The position numbers and the translations under genes were made by a program. This document shows positions 1 through 11,326 of a DNA stretch of 64,000 nt, one piece after another. Origin of the DNA: Malacoraja senta (lineage: Eukaryota); assembly GCA_038087875.1 (NCBI GenBank), contig CM075995.1:3412001-3476000 (forward strand). Direction: 5' to 3'. The notes under the pieces are model-generated. The model saw only the letters and a program-made list of their open reading frames with translations, was not told the DNA's origin and ran no database searches. Each line of letters opens with the position of its first letter. Position 1 is the first letter of the stretch.

Positions 1-99
1 GAAAAAAAGTTAGAAATGGGCATAGTTTAGGATATATGGAAACTGTGGTGGCAGCCATTAACATTTCCATGAAATGTGACTTTTCATATTAGTTTAGCC

Positions 100-405
100 T
101 AGTTTAGTTTAGTTTAGACATACAGCGCGGAATCAGGCACTTCAGCTCACCTGGTCTTCACCAATCAACGACCCCTGCACATTAACACACACTAGGGCCA
201 ATTTTACATTTACACCAAGCTAATTAACCTACAAACCTGTATGTCTTTGGAGTGTGGGAGGAAACCAAAGATCTCGGAGAAAACCCACACAGGTCATGTG
301 GCGGACGTACAAACCCCGTACAGACAGCACCCGTCATCCGGATTGACCCTGGGTCTCTGGCACTGAAAAGCAGTAGCTCTACCGCTACGTCACCGTGCCG
401 CCCTA
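100..405 (-). mobile_element. HE1-like V-SINE (tRNA-derived head, CR1-type 3' tail)
   Basis: Reverse complement reads GGCGGCACGGTG...GACCCAGGGTCAATCC (A/B-box-like), then the central GGTTTCCTCCCACACTCCAAAGAC and a (CTAAA)n tail. More than 20 copies occur in the window. Confidence 0.85.
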
Positions 406-814
406 ATTTAGATTTGGTGTATTTTTGTTCATTCTTGCATCATCCATGTGGTGATGTCAGAGACCATGAGTGAATTTGCCAAAATAATCGTGTCTTCTAT
501 TAAATGATAATCTTCGAAAAATTACTTTACAATATCTTCAATTCAGTGGCATACTAAACTTTTTTGTTTTGTTGCAGAATTAATGCATTTTCAAGCACAT
601 TTCAATTTAGCTTAGTTTAGTTTAGAGATACAGTGCGGAAACAGGCCCTTCGACCCACCGAGTCCGCAACGACCAGCAATTCCTCACGCTCTCCTACACA
701 CGCCATGGCCAATTTACAATTATACCATCCCTGTACGCCTTGGGAATGTGGGGGAAAACTGGAGAAAACCCACTCAAGTCACGGAGAGAGAACAGACAAG
801 TACCCGCAGACAAT

Positions 815-1125
815 AAACAATAGGTGCAAGAGTAGGCCATTTGGCCCTTTGAGCCAGCACCGCCATTCAATGTGATCATGGCTGATCATCCACAATCAGT
901 ACCCCATTTCTGCCTTCTCCCCATATCCCCTGACTCCGCTATTTTTAAGAGCCCTATCTAGCTCTCTCTTGAAAGCATCCAGAGAACCTGCCTCCACCGC
1001 CCTCTGAGGCAGAGAATTCCACAGACTCACCACTCTCTGCGAGAAAAAGTGTTTCCTCATCTCCGTTCCTAAATGGCTTACCCCTTATTCTTAAACTGTG
1101 GCCCCTGGTTCTGGACTCCCCCAAG
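815..1125 (-). mobile_element. CR1 LINE 3' end nested in a SINE (host SINE about 605-1192)
   Basis: Encodes GESRTRGHSLRIRGKPFR, the CR1 ORF2 C-terminus, followed by the CR1 3' UTR; it splits a SINE copy. Confidence 0.85.
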
Positions 1126-1518
1126 TCAGGATCAAACCCGTGTTTGTGGTGCTGCAAAGCAGCAACAATACCGCTTCGCCACCTTGCCATCCTTAATTCT
1201 ACTTTGATATGACAAGATATTGCTTCTTTAGTGTCTACTCTGTTAACGCAGCTCTTGTGAGAGGCGCTCATTTAACACAATCACTTGTGCAGCATATAAA
1301 GTTGAATGACGTGCTCTTCTACATAAATAGCTTCAATCTGCACATTGTTAAAAAAAATACACAATTGGAGGGTGGAACTCAGTCACAAGATTTCAAGCCC
1401 ATTGAATGTTGTTTTTTCTTCAGAGGCTTGAAAGCCCTCACAAATTATCTGCTTTTCACCACCAGAAATCTCCACTGTTCACAAGATTTAAAAAAAAAAT
1501 CGAGCCTTCAATCGAAAC

Positions 1519-1885
1519 CGTAGACACAAATAGCCAGAGTAACTCAGCGGGTCAGGCAGCATCTCCGAAGAAAAGGAGTAGGCGACGTGTCGGGTCGAGA
1601 CTCTTCTTCAGAGGAAAGGGAAAACGAGAGATATTGACGGTGATATAGAGAGATACGGATGAAATGAATGAAAGATAGGCCAAAAGTAGCGATGATAAAG
1701 GAAACAAGCCAAAACGAGTTACAGACAATAAGACTCGATAAGATAGACACAAAAAGCTGAAGTAACTCAGCGGGACAAGGCAGCATCTCTGGAGAGAAGG
1801 AATGGGTGACCTTTCAGGTCGAGTTACTCCATCATTTTGTGTCTATCTCCGGTTTAAACCAGCATCTGCAGTTCCTTCCTATCCA
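1519..1885. mobile_element. Penelope-like pseudo-LTR remnants, partly fold-back
   Basis: TAGACACAAAA.GCTG.AGTAACTCAGCGGG..AGGCAGCATCTCT units, the same sequence that follows the GIY-YIG fragment at 61097-61496. Further copies lie at about 2048-2145 and 2530-2695. Confidence 0.7.
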
Positions 1886-3562
1886 GAAGACTCAACAAGA
1901 CAATTTGTTGATTTTCTTACACAGAACGTCTTCTAGCGAATTGCTTTGCAGATTAATTCTTTGGTGGAAAATATCGGCAAAGGAAATACAGTATGGGTTC
2001 AAAGGTCAACCACAAATATTTAACTCATGCAATTCATAAGATCTGAAGATAGACACAAAATGCAGGAGTAACTCAGCGGGTCAGACAGTATCTCTGGAGT
2101 GACGGAATGGGTGACGTTTTGGGTCGAGACCCTTCTTCAGACTGAATTCTACAGATTCATAAGATCTGAATCTGTTTTGAGTTGGCCTCTTTTATCCCAA
2201 GGCCAAGATGTACCTCATGACCCACATGTGCCAACAGCCATTATGCCTCACTTGACTATTATGACAGAAAATGTTGCCGCTGTTATTGTTGCAAAAGCCC
2301 ATTGTCATTCAGGTCGTGGTTCATTTAATGATAATTTGAGCATGGCCACAGGGACCTACCTGCCTTATACTTCCAATCCCAGGCTTTCAGACTCCCAAGA
2401 AATTGGGTAGTAGTTTCAGTATTGTTATTGGGATAAGCAGAGTGGTGAGTGTTTTCTTGATAATGAACAGGGGTCAGAAAGGAATTTAGTGATCATGTGT
2501 TATCGGTAAATATTTTCAATTACAGTTTGCGTGGGAAGGAAATGCAGATGCTGGTTTAAACCAAAGATAGCCCGCAAAAAATGCTGGAGTAACTCAGCGG
2601 GACAGGCGGCATCTCTTGAGAAAAGGAATAGGTGACGTTTCGGGTCGAGACCCGTTTTCAGACTGAGAGTCAGCGGAAAGGGAAAGGAGAGATAAAAGGT
2701 CACAAGGTCATAAGGAATTGGAGTAGAATAAGGCCATCAAGTCTACTCCGCCATTCAATCACGACTGATCTATCTCTCCCTTCTAACCCTGCCTTCTCTC
2801 CATAACCCCTGACACCCGAACTAATCAAGAATCTTTTTATCTCTGCCTTAAAAATATCCATTGACTTGGCCTCCGCAGCCTTCTGTGGCAATGAATTCCA
2901 CCGAAAAATGCAGAATTGTAAGTGCTCCTTCTCTGCCTTGACTTCACAGCCATCAATCGATTAAAATGCTTAAAACCTTGCACTGGATGTCTGCTGAACA
3001 ATCTCCTTGATTATGTTGCTTGACAGCATCTCAGGCAAATTTAATATGATACTCTTTGCTTTGCATTGTCAGAGATGGAGTGAAGGCATTGTATGAGAGG
3101 GAGTGCAATTTCTAGCAAGCACGAGCTACTAAATTAAAAAGGAATGGTTGTTTTTTAGCTCAGGGAAGAATACACAAAAGTCATTGGATTTTGATGAGAT
3201 TTAAAATGAATAACTGCTGCAATGGTCTGTTTGCATTTATGAGCCTGTATCATTTACTGATAGCACCAGTCGTATATCAGCTACATTGATGCCATCTGGA
3301 ACAGCAATTGGCTCCCTTGCAAGAAATCACTTGATATATCTGAGGCCACTTTGACACGGAGACTTAAAGAACATTATAAACAACAGTTAGTCCAATGTAC
3401 GACTGACTTGTGCAGAGTATCAAATACAATGTGTGAGATTTTTAAAATTGCAGTTATACTCAGCTTTGCTTGACTACAGGGTATCCAAAATTGCCTTGCA
3501 AACAACAAAATGCTTCTTTCCGTGTGCAATGTATGAAATCTGATTTTGCTGACAGCAAGTAA

Positions 3563-3852
3563 CGGCGGCACGGTGGCGCAGCGGTGGAGTTGCTGCCTTA
3601 CAGAGCTGGAGACCCGGGTTCGATCCTCACTACGGGCGCTGTCTGTATGGAGTTTGCACGTTCTCTGCCGTGACTTGCGTGGGTTTTCTACAGGATCTCC
3701 GGTTTCGGTTAATTGGCTTTGGTGAAAAATTGTAAATTGTCCCCAGTGAGTGTAGGATAGTGTTAGTGTGCGGGGATCGCTGGCCGGCGCAGACTCAGTG
3801 GGCAGAAGGGCCTGTTCCCGCCCTGTATCTCTAAACTAAAGCTAAACTAAAC
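3563..3852 (+). mobile_element. HE1-like V-SINE, near full length
   Basis: GGCGGCACGGTGGCGCAGCGG (A box), GGTTCGATCC (B box), GGGCCTGTTCCC...CTAAACTAAA tail. Confidence 0.9.
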
Positions 3853-4164
3853 CCAACGCACTATAATGAAATATGAGAAGAGGTTATCATTGTTTCCTAA
3901 CATTGTCGGAGGTCAAAGAATTAACCATGGATGAAGTGAACTCCCACCATTATCTCTGAAAGGGTAGTGTGGAATTGTTAACATCATCTAAGTGGACTGA
4001 CAGAATCCAGAGAACAACTTCTGACTGATCTATTTGACTCTGGATAAACAAGTCCCTGCGGTCACAATGAATTCTACTTCTTTTCCCAATTCACCACTTT
4101 GAGTTCGTCCAGGTTGAGAAACAGCTCCTTCTCAGCAACCTATTGAACAGGCCATTGAACTGTA

Positions 4165-4745
4165 GTGTTCAGGGGTTGTTGGGGGGGGGGGGGGGGTGAG
4201 GGGTTGTGGGGGGGAGGGGTTGTGGGGGGGGGAGGGGTTGTGTGGAGGGCTCTCGTGTTGGGCGGCTCTTGGGCTGGACCGCTCTCGGGCTTGGCGGCTG
4301 GGCAGCTCTCGGGCTGGGCGGCTCTCCGGCTGGATGGCTCGCGAACTGGGCGGCTCACGGGCTGGGCGGCTGGGGGGCTGGGCTCACTCACTCATGGCTT
4401 CTGGACTCTCTCACTCACGGACTCTGGACTCTTTCACTCACGGACTCTGGACTCAGCCCCGCCTCCGGGACTGTATCCCCCTCGTCCCAGTGATTGACAG
4501 CGGGTGCCGGATGGGGCGTTACCTTCATGGTGATTGACAGGCGAGAAGACCAATCTGCTGATCTCATGATTTTTAAACCTTCATAACTTTTGTAATATTC
4601 CACCGATCGGAACAAAACTTGGTGTGCTTGGGGCAGAGGAGAACGGTGATTAAGGTGGCGAAATAAATCCTAGCGAATATTAGCGAAATTTAAAAAAAAC
4701 GCAAACCGGAGGAAGACAAGATGAGAGTTTTAGTAATACTATCGA
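4165..4745 (-). mobile_element. Divergent non-autonomous Helitron-like fragment with G-rich tandem repeats
   Basis: Its 5' end (rc TATTACTAAAACTCTCATCTTG) and the GTGATTGACAGG block resemble the Helitrons at 39109 and 52838. No 3' CTAG or hairpin was found. Confidence 0.55.
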
Positions 4746-4982
4746 TAGATAGATGGACCAAATGCAGGTAGGTGGGACTAGTGCAGCTGGGACATGTTGG
4801 CCATTGAGGGCAGGTTGGGCTGAAGGGCCTGTTTCCACATTATATAACTCTATGACTCTATTTCATTTTCCTTGTTTCAACTGAACCAATATCTCATCAA
4901 ACCCCTCAATTTCACTTGTTTCAACATTAATGCTATTTATAGGCCTTTTGATACTCTGTTCCTTGGTCATGCACTAGTATTT

Positions 4983-5270
4983 GAGATGAGGAGAAACTTT
5001 TAGACCCAGAGAGTTGTGAATCTGTGGAATTCTCTGCCACAGAAGGCAGTGGAGGCCAATTCACTGGGCGTTTTCAAGAGAGAGTTACTGTACATTTAGC
5101 TCTTAGGGCTAACGGAATCAAGGGATATAGGGAAAAAAGCAGGAAAGGGGTACTGATTCTGGATGATCAGCCATGATCATATTGAATGGCGGTGGTGGCT
5201 CGAAGGGCCGAATGGCCTATTCCTGCACCTATTTTCTGTATCAATCTATATCAATCTATATCAATCCTGA
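4983..5270 (+). mobile_element. CR1 LINE 3' end
   Basis: GAGAGTTGTGAATCTGTGGAATTCTCTGCC (RVVNLWNSLP), CR1 3' UTR and a (TATCAATCTA)n tail. Confidence 0.85.
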
Positions 5271-6052
5271 TAAAAAATCCAAGATGAAATCTGTGACCCA
5301 CAAACTTCTAATTCGGAGGCAAGTGCCCCACCAACTCAGCAATGACTGATACTTCTGTGTGTGATTGAGTCCGTGTGTTTATTTTTGTGTATAGATTTGT
5401 AAAATGTAAAATTAAATCACGCAGAGATACAGTGGGACAAGATAAACAGTGTGATTTCAGTTTGCTTTGGAAGGAATTCAAAGGTGATTACATTTGATGG
5501 CTGACGCTATGCAGTGCCTTGTTTTCTTGCATTGCGCTGAATATTGGTTTCAGCCCTGTTTTTCAGTGCTCAGTGGGAAAAAGAAACATGAGCTCAAAGA
5601 GGGCTGCTTTGTACCTCTCGCAGTTAAGTCTGCCCAGATGATTGCAGTCTCTTCACTCTTTCTCAGGTCTGCCGAGGGGTACAAAATGATTCCTGACCTT
5701 GGAGCAGGGAGACATTACTCATGCTGTTGGCGAGGGCCGTTGGATGTGAAATCCATTGGTGCAACTGGGGAACATGCTCTTTCTCCGTAACCTCAACCTC
5801 GTTGTAAAGTACTCCACGCCATTCAAAACAAATGTAACTGGGACATTTGATACTCTGCAGACATGAGCCGTTTCAGACTCTGAAAAACGCAATAAGCTGC
5901 ATGAGTGTCAACAGTTAGGTGCTTCAAACAGTTTAAAGAATATCTGTTTTCTTTTTTTCCTGGTCTTGTTTTAGTTTAGTTTAGAGATAGAACGCGGAGA
6001 CAGGCCCTTTGACCCACCGAGTCCGCGCCGACCAGCGATCCCCTTACACTAA

Positions 6053-6703
6053 TGGGCCTGTCCCACTTGGGCGACTTTTTAGGCGACTACAGGAGACTAT
6101 GCGGTCGCCACATGTTCGTGGGTGGTTGCCGGGGAGTCGCCCTCCATGGTCGTGATGAGTTCCCGCATTCTGGGAACTAGTCGCGGCTTCATTCTGGCCG
6201 CCGCTAATTTTTCAACATGAATGAAGCTGCCATGGAGAATAGCGAGAATTCTTGTGCCGTAGGTGCAGTGGTAGTGGGTCATCAGGAGGTCGTAGGTTGT
6301 CGTAGGTTCTCGTAGGTTGTCGCCGGTGCTGACCAGTGAATTTCATTGGCTCATTGGGGAAAAAAACGTAAACAGTAGTTTTCAGAACGAAGGATAACGG
6401 ACCGGTAATGTTAAATGTCCGCCGAGCTTCACAGCTGTGTATCTCTAGCTTCTTAAAAGTTGTCTCCACTCCTTCTCCCCACCCGTCTCCCCCCTCTCCC
6501 CCCCTCTTAAAGGACTTACGTGACCCTTCCCATACACTGTGCTCTCACCGTCTTAATTACAGCGCCAACCTTCCTATTCATCGTGGTGTGTGTCTGTATC
6601 ACATTGGCTTTGCACCCTGTGAATTTCACTCACACAGCGCTCCCCCCGCTTGCCCTGTCCCCCGCCTGCATAACTGGCTGGTGAAGGAAGCGATGTGTGT
6701 GTG

Positions 6704-6735
<32 letters not shown>

Positions 6736-6842
6736 TGCGTGCGTGTGCCACTCTGACTGTCGCCGTTCCGGTTGCCGTTTTTTTCAGAGCCCTGCTACGA
6801 CTTCACAGTCGCCTGAAAAATAGCTTAAGTGGGACAGGCTCA
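6053..6842. mobile_element. PIF/Harbinger-type MITE nested in a SINE (host about 5968-7075, minus strand)
   Basis: TIRs TGGGCCTGTCCCACTT / AAGTGGGACAGGCTCA with a TAA target duplication on both sides; internal (TG)n(TGCG)n microsatellite. Confidence 0.8.
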
Positions 6843-9177
6843 TAACACTATCCCACACTCACTAGGGGCAATTTTACATTTTATACAAAGCCAATTAACC
6901 TACCAACCTGTACGTCTTTGGAGTGTGGGAGGAAACCGAAGATCTCGGAGAAAACACACGCAGGTCATGGGGAGAACGTACAAGCACCGTGCAAACAAGC
7001 ACCCGTAGTCAGGATCGAACCCGGGGCACTGGCGCTACAAGGTAGCAATTCTACCACCGTGCTGCACCGTGCTGCATCTTGAAATCATAGTTACAGGAGC
7101 GCTGCTGCACCCTTTAATCTCCATATTCAAGAGGTCATTCCTCATGTGTGAGTAAATGTTGACTGATGCACCCTCTCCGAAGCCTTTACATCCTCCCTGT
7201 AAAGGACACACAATACTCCAAATGCAGTCTCACCAATGTTCAATAAAGCCGCAATGTTAAAATGTTCGAAGGGCTTGGGGGTATCCAAGAGAGTTAGATA
7301 CAGCTCTAAGGGCTTATGGAATCGAGGGATATGGGGAGAAATCAGGAACAGGGTACTGATTCTGGATGATCACCCATGATCATACTGAATGGCGGTGCTG
7401 GCTCGAAGGGCCGAGTGGCTTTCTCCTGAACCTATTTTCTGTTTCTATGTTACTTGAGGGTTGATTTTTCTCCCAAGTTCATGCTGGGGAAATGATGGAA
7501 AGGATTTTTGGCCCGCTCATTTTACTGTGCGGTGGAGCTGAACACAGCGAATTTGCCACGAGCAAGATTGGCAGAGAGTCAGAAACCAGAGGGGGGAAAA
7601 AGCAGCCTCGATATTCCTGACCTGTTTATTGTTAATAGCCCTAGCCTTTCAATGCCACATTTTATGTAGTGTTGCACAGTATCCCTGCAGCACATATCTC
7701 ATTAAATCATACACACTCACAAAGAGTGGCCTATAACAAGAATGGAAGAGATGTGAGACCTCATAACCAAAGGATTTTGTGCAGACAAACACACCTCATT
7801 ATTTGGTCCATTCTGTTTTGGTGCTGGAGTCTCTGGCTATTTCATTTGCAGTATGAGAGAACGCTCCTTTCATTAACTACAAGATTTCTACAGTAGGATA
7901 TTCATTTGTGCAATGAAAAGAGTAATCAGTGGTTACAATTATTTATTACACTGAGCTGGAACCTTTAAAGACCTTACTAAATGGGCTACCTCTCTTCAGC
8001 GTCCTTAATACTTAATTGGCTCATGCGAGCTGTATTTCATTCATGGGCCCTTATTTTTCGTTTATGCCTTCAAGTGGAAACAGGTCCGATTCCCAACTTT
8101 GAATCAAACAGCAAGTAAGAGGATTTAAAGATAATGTTTTGGTCACTGACATTTTTTATAGTTCAGAGATGCAGCGTGGATACAGGCCCTTCGGCCCACC
8201 GAGTCCACGCCGACCACATTAACACTACCCTACATGCACCAGGGATGATTTGTTTACATTTATAGCAAGCCAATTAGCCTGTAAACCAGTACGTCTTTGG
8301 AGTGTGGGAGGAAACCGTAGATCTCGGAGAAAACCCACGCGGTCACAGGGAGAGCATTAAAACTCCGTACAGACAGTACCCGTGGTCGGGATCGAACCCG
8401 GGTCTCTGGCGCTGTAAGCGCTATTAGGCAGCAACTCTTCCGTTGCGCCACTGTGTCGGATTTGTCTGATTTTTGATTACCTATGGTACACAGAGAGGAA
8501 TTTAACAGATTAGCAATCCCTGTCAGCATTGGATTTTTCTAAGGATTTTATTTTGTCTTTCCCAGGGAATTTTGTGGGTTTGTGAGAGGGTTGGGGGCAG
8601 AGAGTCGAGTTGCAGGAGAAGGACGCAGGTCTGTAGGACTTGTTTATGTCTCCTTGCTCTTAACATGCCTTGTGTATGCCTTAAACTGAGCTTATATAAC
8701 TAGTTGCTGCTTTACCGCGTCAGAGATCCGGGTTTGATCCTGACTATGGGTGCTGTCTGTATGCAGTTTGTACGATTTCCCTGTGACCACGTGGGCTGGG
8801 TGCTCCGGTTTCTTCCCACACTTCAAAGACGTACAGGTTTGGAGGTTAATTGGCTTTGCTAAAATTGTAAATTGCCCCTACTGCGTAGGATGGTGTTAGT
8901 GTGTGTATGAAGTGATCGCTGGTGAGTGCGGACTCCGAAGGCCGAAGGGCCTATTTCCGTGCTGAATCTCTAAAATCTATTCACAGTCTAAAAGGACATA
9001 ATGTGCTGGAATAACTCAGCAGGTCAGGCAGCATCTCTGGCGAACATGGATAGGTGATGATTCTTCACACTGTTTGTATGGGGGGGGGGAAGAAAGCTGG
9101 AAAAGGAGAGAGGCAGGACAAAATGTGGCAGGTAATAGGTCGACATAGGCGAAGGGGGATTTGATAGCCAGATGGTT

Positions 9178-11326
9178 GGAGGGTAGCTAATGTTATCCCA
9201 CTTTTCAAGAAAGGAGCGGGAGAGAAAACAGGGAATTATAGACGTTAGCCTGACATCGGTGGTGGGGAAATAGTGCGGCAGCGCGGATTACTGCAGCGGC
9301 CCCTACAGCCTGTCTGTCTTTTTTTAAATTTTTGTCTAGTTAAATGTAGTTGTTTGTGTTTTTTGTACTGTATTTAATTGTGTATATGTGTGTGTGAGTG
9401 GGTGGGGGAAACTTAAAAAATCTCTTCCCTGTACGGGAGATCCGACCTTTTCCCTGTCGGGTCTCCGTTGTCGTTGGGGCCTAGCTCCGTGGAGCGGCCT
9501 CCGACCGGGACGACCTGGGGGGCTCCAGTCGCGGAGCCTGTGGAGCTGCGGACTTACCATCGTGGGGCTGGCCGTCCTCGGAGCGTGAGGAGCGGTGGTG
9601 GCTCGCTGCTGCGGCCCGACTCCGGAGCTCCAGCTCCAGCTGCAGACCCGTGGACTATGATATCGGGAGCTCGCGGGTCCGGGTGAGAGACCGCTTTCCG
9701 GAGTTCCCGCAACGCAACTTCTCCCGCCCGTGTCGCGGGGTTGGAACGACCCGGAGCGGGGCCGTAAATCGCCCGGCGCGGCTTAATGGCCGCGGGACAT
9801 TCCAGCGCCCGCCGGGGGCTCGAACTTTGTGACTTTTGGGCCCGGAGCGAGGCCGTACACCGCCTGGCGCGGCCTCAACGGCCGTGGGACTTAACATTGC
9901 CCGCCTGGGGCTTCAACATCGGGAGAAAAATGGTGCAGGGGAGAGAAAAGACTTTGCCTTCCATCACAGTGAGGAGGAGATTCACTGTGATCGATGTTTT
10001 CTGTAAATTGAATTGTTTGTGTGTCGTGTAGGAATTGTTTTGTTTGTATGGCTGTGGAAACGGAGTTTCGTTTGAGCCTCTTTGAGGTTCAAATGACAAG
10101 GAATAAAATCTAATCTAAAAAAAAAATAAGATGCTGGAGTCAATTATTAAGGAAGTAATAATGGCGCATTTGGAAAGCAGTAAAAGGATTGGTCCAAGTC
10201 AGCATGAATTTATGAAGGTGAAATCCTTCTTGTCTAATCTTCTGGAATTTTTTGAGGATGTGACAAGTAAAATGGATGAAGGAGAGTCAGTGCTTGTAGC
10301 GTCTCTGGACTTTCAGAAACCCTTTGATATGGTCCCACACAGGAGATTAGTGGGCAAAATTAGAGCACATGGTATTGGAGGTAGGGTATTGACATGGATA
10401 GAGAATTAGTTGGCAGACAGGAAACAAAGATTAACGGGTCCCTATTAGAATGGCATGCAGTGGCGAGTGGAGTGCCGCAAGGCTCGGTGCTGGGGCCGTA
10501 ACTATTTACAATATACATTAATGATTTAGATGATGGAATTAAAAGTAACACTAGCAAATTTTCAGATGACACAAGGCTGGGTGGCAGTGTGAAATGCGAA
10601 GAGGATGCTAGGAGGTTGCAGGGTGACTTGGACATGTTGAGTGTGTGGGCAGATGCATGGCAGATGCAGTATAATCTAGATAAATGCGAGGTTATCCACT
10701 TTGGCGGCAAGAACAAGGTCAGATTAGGAAAAAGGGAAGTGCAACAAGACATGGGAGTCCTTGTACACCAGTCACTGAAAGTAAACATGCAGGTACAGCA
10801 GGCAGTGAAGAAAGTTAATGGCATGCTGGCCTTCATAATGAGAGGATTTGAGTATAGGAGTAAAGAGGTCCTTCTGCAGATGTACAGGGCCCTGGTGAGA
10901 CCACATCGGGAGTATTGTGTGCAGTTTTGGTCTCCTAATTTGATGAAAGACATCCATGCTATTGAGGCAGTGCAGCGTAAGTTCACAAGGTTAATCCCTG
11001 GGATGGCAGGACTGTCATATGAGGAAAGATTGGAAAGACTGGGCTTGTATTCACTGGAATTTAGAAGGATGAGAGGGTATCTTATAGAAACATATAACAA
11101 AATAAAAGGACTGGACAAGCTAGATGCAGGAAAAATGTTCCCAATGTTGGGGTGTCCAGAACCAAGTGTCACAGTCTAAGAATAAAGGGGAGGCCTTTTA
11201 AAACTGAGATGAGAAAAAACTTTTTCACCCAGAGAGTTGTAAATTTGTGGAATTCTCTGCCACAGAAGGCAGTGGAGGCCAATTCACTGGATAAATTTAA
11301 AAGAGAGTTAGATAGAGCTCTAGGGC
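9178..11326 (+). mobile_element. 5'-truncated CR1 LINE with decayed RT, interrupted by the element at 9271-10126
   Basis: ANVIPLFKKG at about 9186 resumes as KMLESIIKEV at 10128. RT motifs GVPQGSVLGP and FSDDTRLGG are present with stops and frameshifts. Confidence 0.9.
9271..10126 (+). mobile_element. CpG-rich non-autonomous retroelement with a Rex1-like 3' tail
   Basis: Homologous to 44150-44975. Ends GTTTCGTTTGAGCC...AAATGACAAGGAATAAA followed by an (ATCTA)n/A tail; it splits a CR1 copy. Confidence 0.7.

Noticed and set aside
3563..3640. tRNA genes
   Set aside because: The tRNA-like A/B boxes are SINE heads continuous with SINE bodies; no intact cloverleaf.
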